Shown piece after piece: positions 63,539 through 64,000 of a stretch of DNA of 64,000 nucleotides. The stretch covers positions 1 to 64,000 of the IMG/VR virus record IMGVR_UViG_3300025759_000075. One strand, 5' to 3'. Within the stretch, counting starts at the first letter, position 1; each line of letters begins with the position of its first letter. The notes beneath the pieces are model-generated. The model was given only the letters and a program-made list of their open reading frames with translations, was not told where the DNA came from and did no database searches. The stretch is from an uncultured virus (IMG/VR IMGVR_UViG_3300025759_000075) (lineage: Duplodnaviria > Heunggongvirae > Uroviricota > Caudoviricetes). The position numbers and the translations under genes were made by a program.

Positions 63539-63778
63539 GAGGCAGACCGAGAGAACCCCGCCGATTGCATATAGCGGCCAGCGGGGTTTCGGTTCTTCAT
63601 AACCTGCTTTGAATCCGGCCAGATAGGCTTGGCGCACCATGCGGTCTTTGATGCCCTGCAATGACGCTTCGTTAAGCCTGCGACGTGAACGGCGCGCAAG
63701 AAAGCCTTCTGCCTCGCTTTCCTTGAAACGGGCGCGGTGTATTTCCCGCTCAATAGCCTCGATATTCGCGTCTGCCAT
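63515..63778 (-). CDS. Small antisense membrane-anchored protein (phage B)
   Basis: Homolog of 22553-22819. Confidence 0.65.
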   Translation of the reverse strand: MADANIEAIEREIHRARFKESEAEGFLARRSRRRLNEASLQGIKDRMVRQAYLAGFKAGYEEPKPRWPLYAIGGVLSVCLLVSQVIG

Positions 63779-63875
63779 GCCGGTCTTGATAGCATTCGCC
63801 CTATCGTGTAACAAGGGACAACGCGGTTGAATCCACCTCACGCGATTGCCTTGAAACGCAAGCGGAGTTCAACCT

Positions 63876-64000
63876 GTGCCACGAAATTCATCTGGCGATT
63901 ATTCTCTACCGGCTGGCACCACTGTCAACACAGGGGATACGCTGCTGGTTAGCCAGCACAATCCACCATTCCAGGATGTCGCACAGGCGCTTTCATCGTC
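63876..64000 (+). CDS. Tail fibre protein, 5' fragment (phage B)
   Basis: GTG start, MPRNSSGDYSLPAG...SQHNPP.QD.AQA matches the 22925 gene. Confidence 0.8.
   Translation, partial: MPRNSSGDYSLPAGTTVNTGDTLLVSQHNPPFQDVAQALSS

Larger units (their letters stand above)
40124..64000. mobile_element. Phage B: related, diverged phage genome, partial (runs off window end)
   Basis: Same gene order from rusA through terminase, portal, capsid and ejection genes, with diverged sequence and different accessory genes. Confidence 0.9.

Noticed and set aside
1..64000. CRISPR array, diversity-generating retroelement, retron, IS element or integrase
   Set aside because: No regularly spaced repeats and no reverse transcriptase, transposase or recombinase motifs recognised

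Overview
The window holds two related tailed dsDNA phage genomes in head-to-tail order. They are podovirus-like: terminase, portal, scaffold, capsid, adaptor, nozzle and ejection proteins are present, and no tape-measure gene is seen. The host is probably an alphaproteobacterium, which is an inference from gene content and promoter style. Phage A spans about 1-40123 and looks complete (replication/accessory region, structural operon, tail fibre/spike, lysis cassette, leftward early operon, cro-like switch, recombination and methylase genes), with no integrase or CI-type repressor recognised. Phage B begins at 40124, is syntenic but diverged, and is cut off at the start of its tail fibre gene. 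Bases 1-127 equal 40124-40250 exactly, which suggests an assembly join of two co-occurring relatives. Having two diverged copies allows an internal comparison. Top candidates for new biology: (1) a promoter-led, ORF-free, highly structured ~450-nt element (2146-2610) in the slot where phage B has its replication-initiator operon; (2) a conserved +1 frameshift signal fusing an ejection protein to a lytic transglycosylase; (3) acr/aca-like small-gene operons with operator, leader hairpin and HTH gene; (4) a covarying two-hairpin leader found four times after late promoters; (5) a non-canonical tRNA-like RNA antisense between the spanin genes; (6) linker-mediated shuffling of cassettes and of segments within genes. 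All product calls come from motif recognition and synteny by eye; no searches were run.
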